The notes below the pieces were generated by a model. It did not search any database and had not been told where the DNA came from. It saw only the letters and a program-made list of their open reading frames with translations. Shown here one piece after another: positions 61,256-64,000 of a stretch of 64,000 nt of DNA. Location of the stretch: assembly GCF_009914755.1 (NCBI RefSeq), contig NC_060925.1. One strand, written 5' to 3'. The DNA is from the human T2T-CHM13v2.0 reference genome, Homo sapiens. How positions within the stretch are numbered: position 1 is the stretch's first letter; every line of letters begins with the position of its first letter. The translations under genes were made by a program, and so were the position numbers.

Positions 61256-61832
61256 GGCCAGATTTGGTGGCATATGCCTGGTAGTCCCAGCTACTCAGGA
61301 GGCTGAGGTGACAGGATCATTTGAGCCCAGGAGTTTGAGGCTGCAGTGAGTCACGATCACATCTCTGCATTCCAGGCTGGGTGACAGAGTGAGACACCGA
61401 CTCTAAAACGATCTTTTTTAATTTAAAAAAAGGTATATTGGTCTAAAAACAATAACAGTGCTACCAAAAATAGAAGTACAGAAATGAAGACCATCGTTCT
61501 TCATTTGTATCGCTGAATCTGAAAAACGATTTGGATTATCAGTATTATTTTTTTCAAGACAGAATCTTGCTCTGTCGCCCAGGCTGGAGTGCGATGGAGC
61601 AATCTTGGCACATTGCCACCTCTGCCTCCTGGACTCAAGTGATTCTCATGCCTCAGCCTCCTAAGTAGTGGGAATTACAGGTATGCGTCACCGCGCCCAG
61701 TTAATTTTTGTATTTTTAGTAGAGACTGGGTTTCACTATGTTGGCCAGGCTGGTCTCGAACTCCTGTCCTGAAGTGATCCGCCCGCCTTGGCTTCCCAAA
61801 ATGCTGGGATTACAGGTGTGAGCCACCAGCCC
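61256..61832. mobile_element. Alu monomer (+, 61256-61408) and full AluS (-, 61546-61832)
   Basis: Recognisable Alu arms in opposite orientation, about 140 bp apart. Confidence 0.85.
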
Positions 61833-62499
61833 ATTCAATTATTTGGTTTATTAAGTCATTACCACCCTAATTATGACGTGGCTGCAGTAATCCAGAATGC
61901 ACATGAATGAATTGGAGTACTGGCTACTATGTGCACCCATCAGAATTTTATTTAGCCAAATTTATTTGTTAAACCTCACAACTTCCTGCTACCCACCAAA
62001 CATCTTTCACAAACTTCCAGGTAGCCTTTTGCGACATGACAGGATGCATCAATGAACAGCATTATAAACAACATTTTGCTTGCATGGAAATATTAACCAT
62101 GCTCCACCTTGAAGAACAAAGGTTATTTATGAAAGTAGTGGTGACTAAGAAAATCAACTATTATAAAATTACTAAATTTTAAAAATAGATTAAAATACAC
62201 CTGTTTTATTCTGATTACATGCTGTCTAAGCAATTAATCTTAAAAACAAAGAAACTACATTAGCTAACTGGGTTATAGTAGAATGATTTTTTCAGCGACC
62301 TTAAATTTATCTCCTTCATACCAATTTCTTTTGCTGTTTTTAAATGATCTTTGTAATTTCATTTCTGATTATGAAACTGGCACGTATTTACCATATAGAA
62401 AATGTAGGAGATCACAGAAGAAAAAATACTCATGATTTCACTGTCCAGAGACTTAAGTGTATAAGTTGAGTATCCCTAATCTGAAAATCTGAAACACAA

Positions 62500-63330
62500 T
62501 TTATTGTTAAGTACTGACCTCATGTCCTGTAACCCTGATGAATTTATTAATTCTAGTAGTATTTTAGTACGTTCCTTGAGGTTTTCTACATATAAGAACA
62601 TAACATCTGCAAATAAAGGTAGTTTAACTTATTCTGTTCCAATCTGGATACCTTTTATTTCATTCTCTTACCTAATTGTCCTGGCTACTATCTCCAGTAC
62701 AACATTGAATACAAGTGGTGAGAGTGGACATCTTTGTATTATTCCTAATCTAAAGGTGAAAGCATTCAGTCTGTCACCACTAAACATGATGTTAGCTGAA
62801 GTTTTCTCACAGATGTCCTCTAACAGGTTGAGGAAGTTCCCTTCTATTCCTTGTTTGTTGAAAGAATACTGAATTTTGCCATATGCCTTTCCCATGTCTA
62901 TTGAGATTATCACATTAGTTTTGGTTTATTTTCTACTGATGCTACCTTAATTGGTTTTCAGATGTTAAACTAACCTTCTATCCCTGGGATAAATCCCACT
63001 TGGTCATGATGTATAATTTTTGCAGATGTTACCAGATTCAGTTTGCTAATATTTTGTTGAGGATTTTGTGTCCGTATTTAAAGACGATACTCATTTGTAG
63101 TTTTCTTGTGATGTCTTTGGTTTCAGTGTTGGAGTAATACTGGCCTCGTAGAATAAGCTGGGAAGTGTTCTCTCCTGTATTTTTGGAAGAGTTTGTGAAA
63201 AGTTGTTATCAACTCTTCTTTAGATATTTGGTAGGATTTAGCAGTGAATCCGTCTGGGCCCAGGCTTTTGTTGGCATGTAGTTTTTTTGATTGCTAATTC
63301 AATCTCTTTAGTTTTAGAAGTCTATTCAGA
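62500..63330 (-). mobile_element. Old L1M ORF2 (RT region) fragment
   Basis: ORF 62668-62913 (MIISIDMGKAYGKIQ...CPLSPLVFNVVLE) is degenerate L1 RT. Confidence 0.8.
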
Positions 63331-63599
63331 TGTCAGTTTTGATTGCTTGTGCTTTTTTTCAGTATTTAAAAACTATTGCAAACTTCTAGTTTGTAATGGT
63401 TCTGATAAGAAATTGAATGTCATCCTTACATTTACTCCTCTGTGTGTAATGTGTTTTTTCTCCTTTTATTCCTCTTAGGATTTTCTGTTCATCACTGGTT
63501 TTGATCAATTTGAGTATGGTGTTCCTTGGTGTAGTTTTCTTCATGTTTCTTGTCCTTAGGATACACTATTTTTCTGGGATATTTGGGGTTTATGGTTTT

Positions 63600-64000
63600 C
63601 ATTGCCCATCAATGATAGACTGGATAAAGAAAATGTGGTACATATACATCATGGAATACTATGCAGCCATAAAAAGGAACGAGATCATGTCTTTTGCAGG
63701 GACACAGTTGAAGTTAGAAGCCATTATCCTCAGCAAACTAATGCAGGAACAGAAAACCGAACACCACATGTTCTCACTTATAAGTGGTAGCTGAATGATG
63801 ATATCACATGGACACATGGGAGGAACAACACACACTGGCCCCAGCCTGTCAGAAGTGAGGGATGGGGGAGGGGGGAGGGAGAGCATTGGGAATAGTAGCT
63901 AATAGATGTTGGGCTTAACACTTAAGTGATGAGATGATCTGTGCAGCAAACCACATGGCACATGTTCATCTATGTAACACACCTGCACATCCTCCACATG
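63600..64000 (+). mobile_element. L1PA 3' end (5'-truncated), runs off window
   Basis: [34 protein letters not shown]...MFSLISGS followed by an L1PA 3' UTR. Confidence 0.88.

Overview
Primate genomic DNA, almost certainly human, covering the 5' two-thirds of SLC25A24 (SCaMC-1/APC1, the Ca2+-regulated mitochondrial ATP-Mg/Pi carrier) on the minus strand. It holds the CpG-island promoter and coding exons 1-6 (822 nt, 274 codons: four EF-hands plus the start of the carrier domain, all GT-AG), followed by about 20 kb of upstream intergenic sequence. The rest is mostly transposable elements: two full-length L1PA copies with TSDs, one SVA, a complete two-LTR THE1 nested inside an AluJ, many Alus, MaLR/ERV LTRs, Tigger/Charlie DNA-transposon relics and old L1M/L2/MIR fragments. 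There is also a probable retrocopy of an mRNA 3' UTR. I see no evidence of a new biological system. The most notable points are: (1) the alternative first exon of isoform 2 appears absent and intron 1 looks short, suggesting a deletion haplotype; (2) exon 4 lies between a sense-oriented full-length L1 and a sense-oriented SVA; (3) that L1 has an open, extended ORF0 and a 5' end truncated at its YY1 site; (4) the two THE1 LTRs retain different motifs; (5) the orphan 3'-UTR retrocopy. Repeat subfamily names come from recognising sequence by eye, not from RepeatMasker.
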